Source: Burkholderiales bacterium (GTDB lineage Bacteria > Pseudomonadota > Gammaproteobacteria > Burkholderiales > Burkholderiaceae_C). From it: a DNA stretch of 63,240 nt. Of the stretch, positions 17,595 to 28,795 are shown piece by piece. A program made the position numbers and the translations under genes. The stretch covers positions 1-63,240 of the forward strand of contig JBBRNS010000001.1 in assembly GCA_038230175.1 (NCBI GenBank), in the 5' to 3' direction. The notes beneath the pieces are model-generated. The model did no database searches. It saw nothing but the letters and a program-made list of their open reading frames with translations, and was not told the DNA's origin. Each line of letters starts with the position of its first letter. Position 1 is the first letter of the stretch.

Positions 17595-20233
17595 GACCAA
17601 AAATCCTTGCGGCACAGGCCCCGGGCCTGGCAAAAATCGCAGGCCGAGCCATCACCCAAAGCGGGCAAGGGCGCACCTTCGGCAATAGCCGCCATGTCGT
17701 GCAGGATGCCTTCAATGAGCGCGTCGCGCGCGGCCACCACATCGGGCTGCGTGTACGTCTTGGTAGCTTCGCGCTCGCCCACATTCACATAGGCGGCTTC
17801 TACCGTGTCGTGCGGCAACAGGGCGGCGTAGAAGGCAATTTGGGTGTCTTCCAGCGGCTCTTTGATGCGGGCGCTGGTCTTGGCGCTGTTCTCGGTCTTG
17901 TAATCCAATACCAAGGTGCTGCCGTCCGCCAAGCGGTCGGTGCGGTCGATACGCCCGATCAAGGTCACGGGCCCCAGCGGCTGGCGGTACGCGGTCTCTG
18001 CCGTAGCAAACACCGCGCCACTGGCTTCGTGCTGGGCCAGCCAGCGCACATAACCGTCCCGCACGGCGGGCCAGGCCGCGGTGAATGGCAAAAATTCACC
18101 GTCGGCCAAGCCCATTGATTCGGTGGTGGCATCGGCCGCCGCGTCCAGCATGCGGATGCGGTCTGCCCTCTCGGGCCTATCCAGTGCGGCCAGCGCCTGG
18201 TGAAAATCGGAGAGTACCGCATGCAACCACAGGCCAAAGTCGCGCTTGTCCACCGCGGCGTCCAACTCGTCCACCGGTTGCAGACCCAGCTGGCGCATGG
18301 CAAAAAACCGGTACGGACAATGGCGCAGGTCGTCATAGGCACTGGCTGACAGTTGGGTAACAGGCAACAACACCCCCAGGGGCTGGGGTGGCACCACAGG
18401 CTCCGATGTGATCGCGCGGCCCACACGGGGGTCAGCGGCCACAATGGCCGGCCCGCCCACTGCCATCTGGGCCGCTTGCATTTGCTGCACCAAGGCGCTG
18501 GGCAAAAGGGTTTCACCGGTGTCGTCACTGCAGCGCCACAGCACATCGCAGTGCGGCGTCATCAGCGCGTGTTGCCAGGCGGCTACCGCCACGTGTTGCA
18601 GATCCTCCCGCGTGGGCAGCCCTAAAGCGGCGCGTTGGGCAGCCGTCCACCCGCCGGTCGGCTCGGGCGAGGGGTTGAGGCGCACCTCGTCACAACCCGC
18701 CATCACCAGCGCGGCAAACGGGCGCGCCAACATTTGGCTCATGGGCAATATGACCACCTCTTCGCGCAATGGGTAAGGCGGCGAGAAGCTGGCCCCCTCC
18801 AGCGCTTGGTTCACCCAGCTGGTGAACTCTGCCAAATCCATACGCCGCGCAGACCACAGGGCCTGGCCTAGCAATTGCTCCCACGCGGGCTGCGCGGGCC
18901 ACTCTAGACGAAGCACCGCCAGCATGTGGGCACCCCCACCGTCTTGCTGCAAGCCATCCCACACACCGCTGGCCTGCAGCGCTGCACGCAGTGCACCCAA
19001 CCACCCGGCTAGGGTGCGGCTACCCTGCAGGGCCTCACGCACCGCTTGCACTGCGGCAAAGTTTTGGGCGCCATTGGGTAATTTTTTAAACGCAGGCCCA
19101 AAGGCCACGCTGCGCCATTCGCGCGCCTGATCGCGCCGAATGGCGGCTTCCATGGCGTTGAGCGGCTGGCCAAAAGCAGGGGCACCTTTGAGCCAAGCCA
19201 GTACCGCGTCGCTGGACGCGTTCCACACCGCCGCTTTGAGCAGCGCCATGAGGTGGGCCCCGGCGTGGCTGGTGGACAGTTTCCAGCCGGTCTCGTCGCG
19301 GATTTGCACGTCCGCACTCTCCAACATGGCACGCACCCGCCGGGTTATGGCGCGGTCTGTGGAGACCAGTGCAACAGGAAAGCGGCCCTGGACAATATGC
19401 CGCACCACACACGCGGCGGTGCGCTGGGCTTCGTCTTCGGAGTCGTCGCAGGGGTGCCATGCAATGGCGTCGGCTTGGGTTGTGAGGGCAAGTGTTGGGG
19501 CTGGCGACCCGTCGTCCGCAGTGCCCGTCAGACTCAAGGCTGCCAAGCGATCGCCCCAAAAGGCCTGCAAGGCGGGTAGCATGGGTTCGGCTGCAAAACC
19601 ACTGACCAGCAGCAAGCAATCCACCCGCGCCCGCACATCGGCATCAAACAGCAGGTCACTGGCGTAGGCAGATTGGGCGGCCCACTCCACCGCAATACGC
19701 GCCACTGCGGCCTCTAGCGCTAATGTTGGGCCCTCCATCCCCAGCATGGCGGACAGGCGCGCGCGCTGCGCCCAGTTTGCACGCTCCGCAGGCAGGCACG
19801 CAGCAGCCAGCGGCCCCAGCTGGTGGGCCGCCTGCACCAATTGACCGGTTAGCACCTCTTGCTGCTCACCCAGCCCAGCGCCACGCAACAGGGCCTGCGC
19901 GGTAAGGGTGTCCAGGGCCAAATCGAAGGAAATGTCGGTCTCACCGGGGCGAAAGCCGCCAACGCTGGTGCTCCAGTTTTGGGTGGTTTCAAACGGTGGG
20001 GCAAAGCCATCGGGCACACACTGGGCCCACAGGCGCGCGGCCAACGGCCGCAGCTGGGCGTAGGGCAATAAGACCACGGAACGGGCCGGGTGGGCACCCC
20101 TCTGGCGCAGCGCCGACTGGACGCGCGCCAACAGGCCCGACACGGGGTCTGCCCACAGCGCTACCGCCGGATGGGCCAGTGGCAGGGGTGCGGTGTGGCT
20201 GGCTGGAAAATCGATTTTGGCTATGCTGTCCAT
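17591..20233 (-). CDS. addB: AddB PD-(D/E)XK nuclease subunit with Fe-S cysteines
   Basis: LSAS..LRHCPYRFFA, GRIDRTD, DYKT, CDFCQARGLCR. Confidence 0.88.
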   Translation of the reverse strand: MDSIAKIDFPASHTAPLPLAHPAVALWADPVSGLLARVQSALRQRGAHPARSVVLLPYAQLRPLAARLWAQCVPDGFAPPFETTQNWSTSVGGFRPGETDISFDLALDTLTAQALLRGAGLGEQQEVLTGQLVQAAHQLGPLAAACLPAERANWAQRARLSAMLGMEGPTLALEAAVARIAVEWAAQSAYASDLLFDADVRARVDCLLLVSGFAAEPMLPALQAFWGDRLAALSLTGTADDGSPAPTLALTTQADAIAWHPCDDSEDEAQRTAACVVRHIVQGRFPVALVSTDRAITRRVRAMLESADVQIRDETGWKLSTSHAGAHLMALLKAAVWNASSDAVLAWLKGAPAFGQPLNAMEAAIRRDQAREWRSVAFGPAFKKLPNGAQNFAAVQAVREALQGSRTLAGWLGALRAALQASGVWDGLQQDGGGAHMLAVLRLEWPAQPAWEQLLGQALWSARRMDLAEFTSWVNQALEGASFSPPYPLREEVVILPMSQMLARPFAALVMAGCDEVRLNPSPEPTGGWTAAQRAALGLPTREDLQHVAVAAWQHALMTPHCDVLWRCSDDTGETLLPSALVQQMQAAQMAVGGPAIVAADPRVGRAITSEPVVPPQPLGVLLPVTQLSASAYDDLRHCPYRFFAMRQLGLQPVDELDAAVDKRDFGLWLHAVLSDFHQALAALDRPERADRIRMLDAAADATTESMGLADGEFLPFTAAWPAVRDGYVRWLAQHEASGAVFATAETAYRQPLGPVTLIGRIDRTDRLADGSTLVLDYKTENSAKTSARIKEPLEDTQIAFYAALLPHDTVEAAYVNVGEREATKTYTQPDVVAARDALIEGILHDMAAIAEGAPLPALGDGSACDFCQARGLCRKDFWS

Positions 20234-20317
20234 AGCGACCGCAACACAGGCGGGACCTTGGTTTCTGTCACAATGACCGCAACTGTAGCGCTTAAGCAAA
20301 CTTCTTGAGGAATTCCC

Positions 20318-20650
20318 ATGGCCAGCTCCCTGATCAAACACGTAACCGACGCCACTTTTGAAGCCGATGTGCTGAAATCTGCGCAACCCGTCCTAGTGGA
20401 CTACTGGGCAGAGTGGTGCGGCCCTTGCAAGATGATTGCCCCCATTTTGGACGAAGTGTCGACCGCCTACGAAGGCAAACTCAGCATCGCCAAGATGAAT
20501 GTGGACGAGAACCGCGAAATCCCGGCCAAGTTTGGCATTCGCGGTATCCCGACCCTGATGGTGTTCAAAGGCGGACAGTTGGCGGCCACCAAAGTCGGCG
20601 CCTTGAGCAAAGCCCAGTTGACCGCTTTTATCGACCAGCAATTGGCCTAA
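20318..20650 (+). CDS. trxA: Thioredoxin
   Basis: WCGPC; precedes rho. Confidence 0.97.
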   Translation: MASSLIKHVTDATFEADVLKSAQPVLVDYWAEWCGPCKMIAPILDEVSTAYEGKLSIAKMNVDENREIPAKFGIRGIPTLMVFKGGQLAATKVGALSKAQLTAFIDQQLA

Positions 20651-20660
20651 TCCCCTGCCC

Positions 20661-20710
20661 GTGGCCTTAGTGCTTTCCCTAATGGAAACGCTGCATTAAG
20701 GCCACTTTTT
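20661..20710 (+). terminator. Hairpin/terminator after trxA
   Basis: GTGGCCTTA...TAAGGCCAC followed by T run. Confidence 0.6.
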
Positions 20711-20868
20711 CCTGTCATAATCAGTCCCGTTCGCTGTCCTTATCCAAAAAGACAGTTCCGTTTCCCCGGTTAAGAACACAGCGGCGGTCAACCGACTGGC
20801 CTCCCCCCTCCCCCTGATTTCTTCACACTCCGAATGTCTCGGTCAATTCCCACCAAGGGACCATCTCC

Positions 20869-22131
20869 ATGCACTTAAACGAACTCAAAGCCCTGCACGT
20901 TTCCGAAGTCCTGAAGCAAGCAGAAGAGCTTGAGATTGAAAACACGGGCCGCATGCGCAAGCAAGAGCTGATGTTTGCGATCATTAAAAAGCGCGCCCGT
21001 ACCGGTGAGCAGATCATTGCCGATGGTGTTCTGGAAATTTTGCCCGACGGATTTGGCTTCTTGCGCAGCCCTGATACAAGCTACACCGCATCGACCGACG
21101 ATATCTACATCAGTCCCAGCCAGGTGCGCCGCTTTAATCTGCACACTGGCGACATGATCGAAGGCGAAGTACGCACCCCCAAAGACGGCGAGCGCTACTT
21201 TGCCCTCAACAAGCTCGACAAGGTCAACGGCGACTCGCCTGAGAGCAACAAGCACAAGGTCATGTTTGAGAACTTGACACCCCTGTTCCCCAAGGTGCAG
21301 ATGCGCCTGGAGCAGGACATCAAGGGCGAAGAAAACATCACCGGCCGCGTGATCGACATCATTGCCCCCATCGGCAAAGGCCAACGTGCTCTGATCGTGG
21401 CGCAACCCAAGAGCGGCAAGACGGTGATGATGCAGCACATTGCGCACGCCATTTCCGCCAATTACCCCGATAGTTACTTGATGGTCTTGCTCATCGACGA
21501 GCGCCCAGAAGAAGTGACCGAAATGCAGCGCACCGTCAAGGGTGAGGTGATTGCTTCCACCTTTGATGAGCCTGCAGCGCGCCACGTGCACGTAGCCGAA
21601 ATGGTGATCGAACGCGCTAAGCGTCTGGTCGAGCTGAAAAAAGACGTCGTCATCTTGCTGGACTCCATCACCCGCTTGGCCCGTGCTTACAACAACGTGG
21701 TGCCCTCCAGCGGCAAAGTGCTGACCGGTGGTGTCGACTCCAACGCACTGCAACGGCCCAAGCGTTTTCTGGGCGCGGCCCGCAATGTGGAAGAAGGCGG
21801 AAGCCTGACCATCATCGCCACCGCACTTGTTGATACCGGTAGCCGCATGGACGAAGTGATTTTTGAAGAATTCAAAGGCACTGGCAACTCCGAAATTCAC
21901 TTGGATCGCCGCCTGTACGAGAAGCGCGTGTTCCCGTCGATTCAACTCAACCGCAGCGGTACCCGCCGCGAAGAGTTGCTGCTGCAGCCAGAGATCTTGC
22001 AAAAGACCCGCATCCTGCGCCAGTTCCTTTACAACATGGACGAAGTGGAAGCCATGGAAATGGTGCTCAAGCAAATGCGCGCCACCAAGACCAACAGCGA
22101 GTTCTTTGACATGATGCGCCGTGGCGGCTAG
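20869..22131 (+). CDS. rho: Transcription termination factor Rho
   Basis: [32 protein letters not shown]. Confidence 0.98.
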   Translation: MHLNELKALHVSEVLKQAEELEIENTGRMRKQELMFAIIKKRARTGEQIIADGVLEILPDGFGFLRSPDTSYTASTDDIYISPSQVRRFNLHTGDMIEGEVRTPKDGERYFALNKLDKVNGDSPESNKHKVMFENLTPLFPKVQMRLEQDIKGEENITGRVIDIIAPIGKGQRALIVAQPKSGKTVMMQHIAHAISANYPDSYLMVLLIDERPEEVTEMQRTVKGEVIASTFDEPAARHVHVAEMVIERAKRLVELKKDVVILLDSITRLARAYNNVVPSSGKVLTGGVDSNALQRPKRFLGAARNVEEGGSLTIIATALVDTGSRMDEVIFEEFKGTGNSEIHLDRRLYEKRVFPSIQLNRSGTRREELLLQPEILQKTRILRQFLYNMDEVEAMEMVLKQMRATKTNSEFFDMMRRGG

Positions 22132-22229
22132 GTTATAATCTTGGGTTTTGCGACAAGTACGCTTAGTTTTTGAATTGTGCAAAGGTTTGCACAAGGGCTG
22201 GCGCGGCTATTGCTACTGATGGAGATAGT

Positions 22230-22511
22230 ATGAAAGAAGGAATTCACCCCAATTACCGTGAAGTGTGCTTCATGGACATGTCTAACAACTTCAAGTTTGT
22301 GACCCGTTCATGCGCCAACACGAAAGAAATGATCGACATGGAAGATGGCCGTAAATTGCCTCTGTACAAGCTCGACACCACCAGCGAATCGCATCCTTTC
22401 TACACCGGAACACAAAAGTCGGTGGACAACATGGGTGGACGCGTCGAGCGCTTCCGCAACCGTTTTGGCAAGACAGCACCCAAGGTTGCTGCACCAACCG
22501 AAACCAACTAA
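22230..22511 (+). CDS. rpmE: 50S ribosomal protein L31 type B
   Basis: MKEGIHPNY...SHPFYTG; no CxxC pairs. Confidence 0.95.
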   Translation: MKEGIHPNYREVCFMDMSNNFKFVTRSCANTKEMIDMEDGRKLPLYKLDTTSESHPFYTGTQKSVDNMGGRVERFRNRFGKTAPKVAAPTETN

Positions 22512-22545
22512 AACGCACTCAGGTCTCGGCCTGAGCCGTTTTACC

Positions 22546-22580
22546 AAGGCAGCCCGGGGTTCCGCGCTGCCTTTTATTTT
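22546..22580 (+). terminator. Intrinsic terminator after rpmE
   Basis: AAGGCAGC...GCTGCCTT-TTATTTT. Confidence 0.75.
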
Positions 22581-22613
22581 GTCCAAACTGTCGCGCTGAC
22601 TGCGCCCTAATCA

Positions 22614-24308
22614 GTGAACCTGCCCACACCCGCAATCGTCACCCAAGCCGGTGCCCGACGCTTCCCGCGCTGGGCCTTGTGGCTATTTTGCTGTGCGTAT
22701 GTGTTTCCTGGCTTTCTTGGGCGGGATGCCTGGAAGAGCGCGGACATGACCGCTCTGGGTTACATGGCGGAACTTGTGCGGGGCACTTCGAACTGGTTTT
22801 CACCCACCCTTATGGGCATGCCGGCAGACAACCCTGCAGTCCTGCCGTACTGGCTGGGCGCCTGGGCTATGCAAATGGCACCGAACTGGTTGGATGCCGA
22901 CTTTGCTGCGCGACTACCGTTCATAGCCCTATTGTCGCTGACCATGATTGCCACCTGGTACGGAACCTACTACCTGGCACGCAGCCCACTGGCCCAGCCG
23001 GTTCCATTTGCATTTGGAGGCGAAGCGCTGCCTGCCGATTACGCGCGGGCGATGGCCGACGGTGCCCTACTGGCGTTGATGGCCTGCCTTGGCCTGGCAC
23101 AACTCTCGCACGAAACCAGCCCCGCACTGGTGCAACTGGGTTGCTTCGCCCTCTTCTTTTACGGCATGGCGGCGCTGCCGTTTTACTCGTTTGGCCCAGC
23201 TGTGGCCGCTGTTCTGGGTCTATTGGGTCTAGCCCTATCGGGCGCACCCAGTCTTGCGCTGTTGTTTGGCCTGGGGGGTTCCACCCTGCATTTTCTGGAC
23301 CGCACCCGAGAAGCCCGCCAAAGTGAGCACTTGGCGCTGGAGAGTTTTGGCCTTATGGCAGCCACGCTGGCGATTACGGTGCTGGCCTGGAGTCTGGACT
23401 TGCTGCGCTGGAAAATACAACTGCCGCAGTCCACCTTGGCCGACTGGAACGGCTATGCCCAGTTGCTTGTCTGGTTTACCTGGCCGGCATGGCCACTGGC
23501 ACTGTGGACCGTGTGGCGCTGGCGCCGACAGTTATTTAACCGGCGCATCAGCCGCCATGTGGCCTTGCCTGGCGGGATTGCTCTGGTGTGTACCATCGCC
23601 ACACTCACCACCGGCTCGGCTGACCGCACACTACTCTTGGTGCTACCTGCCTTGGCAAGCTTGGCTGCGTTTGCACTACCAACGCTCAAACGCCAAATGG
23701 CTGCTGTGATCGACTGGTTTACTCTGCTGTTTTTTACCGGCTGCGCCATCACTGTATGGGTAGTCTGGATCGCCATGCAAACTGGCTTCCCGTGGCAACC
23801 CGCAGCCAATGTAGAGCGGCTCGCACCCGGCTTTGTCCCGCATTTTTCACCCCTTGCATTTGTACTTGCCAGCATTGCCACATTGTCATGGGCGTGGCTA
23901 GTGCGCTGGCGGGTGGGTCGCCACCAAGCAGCCATCTGGACCAGTCTGGTTTTGCCTGCAGGTGGCGCCACCCTGAGCTGGTTGCTGGTGATGACACTGT
24001 GGATGCCCTTGCTCAATTACGCACAGAGCTACACCGCACTGGTGCGCCGCACCACAGCCCTCATGCAAGATGCAAGCTGCGCTGAATCGGTGGGCTTAGG
24101 GCTAGGCCAAATTGCCGCATTCGAGTTTTATGGGCGCCTGCGCCTGGTGCCCATGCAAACCACGCCCAGCTGCCCTTGGCTGCTGGTAGAACCCCAATCC
24201 GACCTATCGGCCCCCAGCACTGTAAACACCAGCCAATGGATACTGCACGAAACGGTTCGCCATCCGGTCGACCGGGCCGAATCGGTGCTGCTATTTAAGC
24301 GCAAGTAG
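22614..24308 (+). CDS. Polytopic ArnT/GT39-like membrane protein
   Basis: Many TM helices, GRDAWKSAD, WFTWPAWPLA; usual neighbour of rho-rpmE in betaproteobacteria. Confidence 0.7.
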   Translation: MNLPTPAIVTQAGARRFPRWALWLFCCAYVFPGFLGRDAWKSADMTALGYMAELVRGTSNWFSPTLMGMPADNPAVLPYWLGAWAMQMAPNWLDADFAARLPFIALLSLTMIATWYGTYYLARSPLAQPVPFAFGGEALPADYARAMADGALLALMACLGLAQLSHETSPALVQLGCFALFFYGMAALPFYSFGPAVAAVLGLLGLALSGAPSLALLFGLGGSTLHFLDRTREARQSEHLALESFGLMAATLAITVLAWSLDLLRWKIQLPQSTLADWNGYAQLLVWFTWPAWPLALWTVWRWRRQLFNRRISRHVALPGGIALVCTIATLTTGSADRTLLLVLPALASLAAFALPTLKRQMAAVIDWFTLLFFTGCAITVWVVWIAMQTGFPWQPAANVERLAPGFVPHFSPLAFVLASIATLSWAWLVRWRVGRHQAAIWTSLVLPAGGATLSWLLVMTLWMPLLNYAQSYTALVRRTTALMQDASCAESVGLGLGQIAAFEFYGRLRLVPMQTTPSCPWLLVEPQSDLSAPSTVNTSQWILHETVRHPVDRAESVLLFKRK

Positions 24309-24323
24309 CCGCGATGAATACCG

Positions 24324-25658
24324 CTATGGCGCGCTACCGCTTGGGCGCACGCGCTGAGGCGCAAAACGGATAGAAAATGTAGAGCCCGTACCGGGCAGGC
24401 TGGCTACACCCAATTCTGCCGCATGGCGCTGGGCCACGTGCTTCACGATGGCCAAGCCCAAGCCGGTGCCGCCGGTATCACGCGAGCGGCTGCGATCCAC
24501 GCGGTAAAAGCGTTCCGTTAGGCGGGGAATATGCTCCGGCGCGATGCCCGGCCCCGCATCTTTCACCGCAAACACCATGCCGCCCTCGGGCAACACGGTG
24601 CATTCGACGTCTATGCGCTTCTGACCCGGTGTGTAGCGAATGGCATTGCTGATCAGGTTAGACATCGCGCTGTGTAATTCCGTCGCCGAGCCCGCCAGTT
24701 CGTAGCCCCGATCCCACGCAAAATGCAGGTCGTGTGAATCTTCGGTCAGCAGCCGCGACAGGTCGCCCGCGTCTTGGCGGCACTGCTCCATCAAGTTATC
24801 GAAGCTGATCCATTCATGGTTGGACGGCAAAGGGCTGCCTTCTAGGCGCGATAGCATCAACAAGTCGTTCACCAAGGTTTGCATTCGCTGCGCCTGCTGC
24901 GCCATCAATCCCAGATAACGCTGCCGCTCAGGCTCTTGCAGTTCCAAGGTCTGCAGGGTCTCCACAAAGCCGGCCAAAACCGTCAGCGGCGTGCGTATTT
25001 CGTGCGATACATTGGCCACAAAATCACGCCGCATGGCCTCGGCTTGCTCCAAGGCGGTGATATCGCGCGAAAGCAGCAAACTGCGCCCCTCGCCATAAGG
25101 GTGAATGTGCACCGACAACTTCACCGGCTTGGTGTTGGTCGTTTTGCGCCCAGGCATGGTCGTGTCATATGAAAAATCGCCGGCAAGGTAATACGCGGCG
25201 AAGCTGGGGTCTCGCACCAGATTGCCAAAGTGCTGCAACATGTCGCGTTGGGCGTCGAACCCAAAATGCTCGGCCGCCATTTGGTTAAACCACTCAATAC
25301 GCGCCTCGGCATCGAGCAAAACTACACCGTTGGGCGACGCCTGGAGTGCAGCCAAAAAGTCTTGTAATCGGTTGTGACCCTCTGCGGCAGCACGCTGATG
25401 GACGCGCACGACACGCCGAATGCGTTCATGCACCTCACCCCACAGCCCGCCGCCGAGGGCAAGCTCGGTCACCGCATCATTGCGCAACCAACGCACCAAA
25501 CGCAGGCCTCGTGTGGCGTCCAACACAAACCAGACATAACTGCCGGCCAAGGCCATGAGTAATGCAGCCAATGGTTTTTGCCCCACAGGCGCAAGACTCC
25601 AACCTGCGAGCGCAGCCAAAAGCTGGCACAGCGTCAAAGAAAAAATACGCCAGAGCAT
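24324..25658 (-). CDS. phoR: Phosphate regulon sensor kinase
   Basis: PAS, RRDFVANVSHEIRTPLT, RLTERFYRVD. Confidence 0.95.
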   Translation of the reverse strand: MLWRIFSLTLCQLLAALAGWSLAPVGQKPLAALLMALAGSYVWFVLDATRGLRLVRWLRNDAVTELALGGGLWGEVHERIRRVVRVHQRAAAEGHNRLQDFLAALQASPNGVVLLDAEARIEWFNQMAAEHFGFDAQRDMLQHFGNLVRDPSFAAYYLAGDFSYDTTMPGRKTTNTKPVKLSVHIHPYGEGRSLLLSRDITALEQAEAMRRDFVANVSHEIRTPLTVLAGFVETLQTLELQEPERQRYLGLMAQQAQRMQTLVNDLLMLSRLEGSPLPSNHEWISFDNLMEQCRQDAGDLSRLLTEDSHDLHFAWDRGYELAGSATELHSAMSNLISNAIRYTPGQKRIDVECTVLPEGGMVFAVKDAGPGIAPEHIPRLTERFYRVDRSRSRDTGGTGLGLAIVKHVAQRHAAELGVASLPGTGSTFSIRFAPQRVRPSGSAP

Positions 25659-25676
25659 GAAGTGTTTTTTGAGCGC

Positions 25677-26405
25677 CTAAACGCCTTCGTTGTTCGATGC
25701 CGTTGCCGTTGGCGACCCATGGATTGCGGTTATCCGATACCCGGCACCGCGCACGGTTTCTACCATGCTACCCGCCGACCCCAAGGCCTCACGCAACCGC
25801 TTAATGTGAACATCAACCGTGCGCTCTTCGATATAAACGTGATCACCCCAGACGTTATCCAGCAACTGCGCACGGCTATGGACCCGCTCAGCGTGCCCCA
25901 TTAAATAGTTGAGCAGCTTGAACTCGGTCGGCCCCAACTTCATTTTTTGCCCATCAAAGAGCACGCGATGGGTGGCGGGATCAAGAACCAAGGCCCCGAT
26001 CGTAAGCGCCTCGCCCGCCTGCTCAGGAGTTCTACGGCGCAACACAGCCCTAACCCGTGCCAGCAGCTCCTTGGTGGAAAATGGCTTGGCAATGTAATCG
26101 TCGGCACCCGCGTCTAAGCCGGCAACCCGATCGGCTTCATCGCCACGGGCCGTCAGCATGATGAGTGGCACGTTTTGGGTGCGTGAATCTGCACGCCATC
26201 GCTTTGCCAGCACAAGACCACTCTCCCCCGGCAACATCCAATCCAGCAAAATAAGATCGGGCAACGCGGACTGCATCTCGCGCTCAGCGCTTGCGCCATC
26301 CATCGCCCAGAGTGTCCGAAAGCCATTGTGCCGAAGGTTCACAACGATGAGTTCGGCAATCGACGACTCATCCTCCACAACCAAAACGGACGGCATATTT
26401 CTCAT
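25677..26405 (-). CDS. phoB: Phosphate regulon response regulator
   Basis: LLDWMLPG, GPTEFKLL, ERTVDVHIKRLR. Confidence 0.96.
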   Translation of the reverse strand: MRNMPSVLVVEDESSIAELIVVNLRHNGFRTLWAMDGASAEREMQSALPDLILLDWMLPGESGLVLAKRWRADSRTQNVPLIMLTARGDEADRVAGLDAGADDYIAKPFSTKELLARVRAVLRRRTPEQAGEALTIGALVLDPATHRVLFDGQKMKLGPTEFKLLNYLMGHAERVHSRAQLLDNVWGDHVYIEERTVDVHIKRLREALGSAGSMVETVRGAGYRITAIHGSPTATASNNEGV

Positions 26406-27103
26406 TTGACGATGGACTCGATTTTTTCCATGGTGGAGTGGCGGACGTCCTCGCCCTTGACGACATAAATGATGAATTCGGCGATGTTCTTGGCATGGTC
26501 CCCAATGCGCTCAATCGCCTTCGCCAAAAACAGCAAGTCCAAACTGGGCGAGATCATGCGGGGGTCTTCCATCATGTACGTGATGAGCTTGCGCACGAAG
26601 CCATCAAACTCGGCATCGATCAGGTCGTCTTCTTTCAAAATGGCCACGGCAGCGGTAATGTCCAAACGCGCAAACGCATCCAGGGCTTTATTCAACAACC
26701 CCGACGCCAAATCAGCGGCAACCCGTAACTCCAGTGACGGCAACGAGCGCGGAGAACCACTTTGGATGATCGATCGGACCATCCGCGCGATTTTTTCCGC
26801 CTCATCCCCAACCCGCTCCAGGTTTGCGGTGGTTTTCGATATCGCAATCAAAAGCCGCAAGTCACGGGCCGTGGGCTGTCGACGCGAGATGATGCTGGAG
26901 AGGTCGCGATCAATCTCGATCTCCATCGCATTGACCCGGGCCTCATTGGCGGTCACCTCATTCGCCACGTCCACACTGAAATGCGACAGCGCGTAAATGG
27001 CGCGGCGAATTTGGGACTCAACCAAGCCACCAAGCTCCATAACCTGGGACGACACCGAGGTCAACTCGGTATCAAACTGCGTCGATAAATGTTTGTCTGC
27101 CAT
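26402..27103 (-). CDS. phoU: Phosphate signalling protein
   Basis: RQPTARDLR, LERVGD, ERIGDHAKNIAE. Confidence 0.96.
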   Translation of the reverse strand: MADKHLSTQFDTELTSVSSQVMELGGLVESQIRRAIYALSHFSVDVANEVTANEARVNAMEIEIDRDLSSIISRRQPTARDLRLLIAISKTTANLERVGDEAEKIARMVRSIIQSGSPRSLPSLELRVAADLASGLLNKALDAFARLDITAAVAILKEDDLIDAEFDGFVRKLITYMMEDPRMISPSLDLLFLAKAIERIGDHAKNIAEFIIYVVKGEDVRHSTMEKIESIVK

Positions 27104-27117
27104 AGGATACTTTCTGC

Positions 27118-27897
27118 TTAGCCAAATCGACCGGTAATGTAGTCTTCGGTCTCTTGTCGGGTCGGTTTAAAGAACATCTGCTCGGTCGATCCAAATTCGA
27201 CCAAATCGCCCAGGTACATGTAGGCGGTGTAATCGCTGCACCGGGCCGCTTGCTGCATGTTGTGGGTAACGATCACCACGGTGTAGTCTTCCTTGAGCTC
27301 AACAATCAATTCTTCAACTTTTGCGGTGGAGATAGGGTCCAAGGCCGAGCACGGCTCATCAAGCAGCAAAACCTCAGGCTTAATCGCAATACCGCGTGCA
27401 ATACACAAGCGCTGCTGCTGGCCACCCGACAGACTGGAGCCGTTTTGGTCCAGCTTGTCTTTGACCTCGCCCCATAGGGCGGACTTGCGCAGTGCCCACT
27501 CGACCCGCTCGTCCATGTCGGTCGCGCTCAGTGACTCGAAAAGCTTTACACCAAATGCAATGTTGTCGTAGATCGACATCGGAAACGGCGTGGGCTTTTG
27601 AAACACCATGCCAACCTTGGCGCGAAGCAATGCAACGTCGTCCTTGCTGGTGAGAATGTTCTCTCCATCGAGCAAGATTTCACCCTCAGCGCGCTGCTCC
27701 GGGTAAAGCTCAAACATGCGGTTAAACACCCGTAAGAGCGTCGATTTACCGCAGCCCGAAGGGCCGATAAATGCGGTGACTCTGTTTTCGGGAATTTCCA
27801 GGTTAATGCCTTTAAGGGCGTGGAACTTTCCGTAATAAAAATTCAAGTCGGTGACCGAAATCTTGGTCCTAACAGGCGTATTTGGGGTGTGCAGCAT
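27118..27897 (-). CDS. pstB: Phosphate ABC ATPase
   Basis: [26 protein letters not shown]. Confidence 0.97.
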   Translation of the reverse strand: MLHTPNTPVRTKISVTDLNFYYGKFHALKGINLEIPENRVTAFIGPSGCGKSTLLRVFNRMFELYPEQRAEGEILLDGENILTSKDDVALLRAKVGMVFQKPTPFPMSIYDNIAFGVKLFESLSATDMDERVEWALRKSALWGEVKDKLDQNGSSLSGGQQQRLCIARGIAIKPEVLLLDEPCSALDPISTAKVEELIVELKEDYTVVIVTHNMQQAARCSDYTAYMYLGDLVEFGSTEQMFFKPTRQETEDYITGRFG

Positions 27898-27934
27898 AAA
27901 GGCAATATTTCAAATAAGGGTGTGGCGCTGACGG

Positions 27935-28795
27935 CTATATCTTGGTGCGGGTGAGCAATCGGGCCAAAATATTGAGCCCCAAAACTGCCATGGTGATGAT
28001 GAAAACGCCCGCCCAGGCCAGCTTTTGCCAGTTTTCGTAAGGGCTCATAGCGAACTTGAAGATGGTCACCGGCAAACTGGCCATCGGATCGCCGAGGCTA
28101 CTGGTCCAGAACTGGTTATTCAGCGATGTAAAGAGCAGCGGCGCAGTTTCACCCGCAATCCGAGCCACAGCCAGTAATACACCGGTAATAACTCCGGTGC
28201 GCGCCGCCTTGAGCGTAATGCTTAAGGTAACTCGCCACTTCGGGGCACCCAGCGCATAAGCCGCCTCGCGCAGCCCGGCAGGCACCAATTGCAACATGTT
28301 TTCCGTCGTACGAATGACCACTGGGATCACCAGCAATGACAACGCCAAAATTCCAGCATAGCCTGAGAACGACTTGAATCGCGAAACGACCACTGCATAA
28401 ACGAACAGGCCGATCACAATGGAAGGTGCCGACAACAAAATATCGTTCACAAAACGGGTCAACGATGCCAGCCAGCTTTTAGAGTCAAACTCCACCAAGT
28501 AGATTCCCGCCATGACACCCACCGGCGTACCGACACAGGTTGCCAGTAAGACCATCAAGAACGAGCCGTATATGGCGTTGGCCAAACCGCCCTCATCATT
28601 GGGCGGCGGCGTCATCTGGGTGAAGGTAGCCACAGACAAGCCCCCGATGCCTAAGCGCACGGTCTCCCACAAAATCCAAAATAACCAAAACAAGCCAAAT
28701 GCCATGGCCAATAGCGCCATGACAGTTGCCACCCGGTCCACCCGCTTGCGGTGGGCAAACTTGGCCGCGCGTGCCTGTGCGGGGGTCGCGCTCAT
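27935..28795 (-). CDS. pstA: Phosphate ABC permease
   Basis: [19 protein letters not shown]. Confidence 0.96.
   Translation of the reverse strand: MSATPAQARAAKFAHRKRVDRVATVMALLAMAFGLFWLFWILWETVRLGIGGLSVATFTQMTPPPNDEGGLANAIYGSFLMVLLATCVGTPVGVMAGIYLVEFDSKSWLASLTRFVNDILLSAPSIVIGLFVYAVVVSRFKSFSGYAGILALSLLVIPVVIRTTENMLQLVPAGLREAAYALGAPKWRVTLSITLKAARTGVITGVLLAVARIAGETAPLLFTSLNNQFWTSSLGDPMASLPVTIFKFAMSPYENWQKLAWAGVFIITMAVLGLNILARLLTRTKI

Noticed and set aside
20220-20236. GCTAT-N7-ATAGC hairpin at the addB start as a ninth repeat copy
   Set aside because: Only the hairpin matches; the TGCTTGCGC and GGGCTAG blocks are absent
20711-20868. C-rich rho leader as a novel RNA
   Set aside because: Consistent with known Rho autoregulation through rut-like leaders
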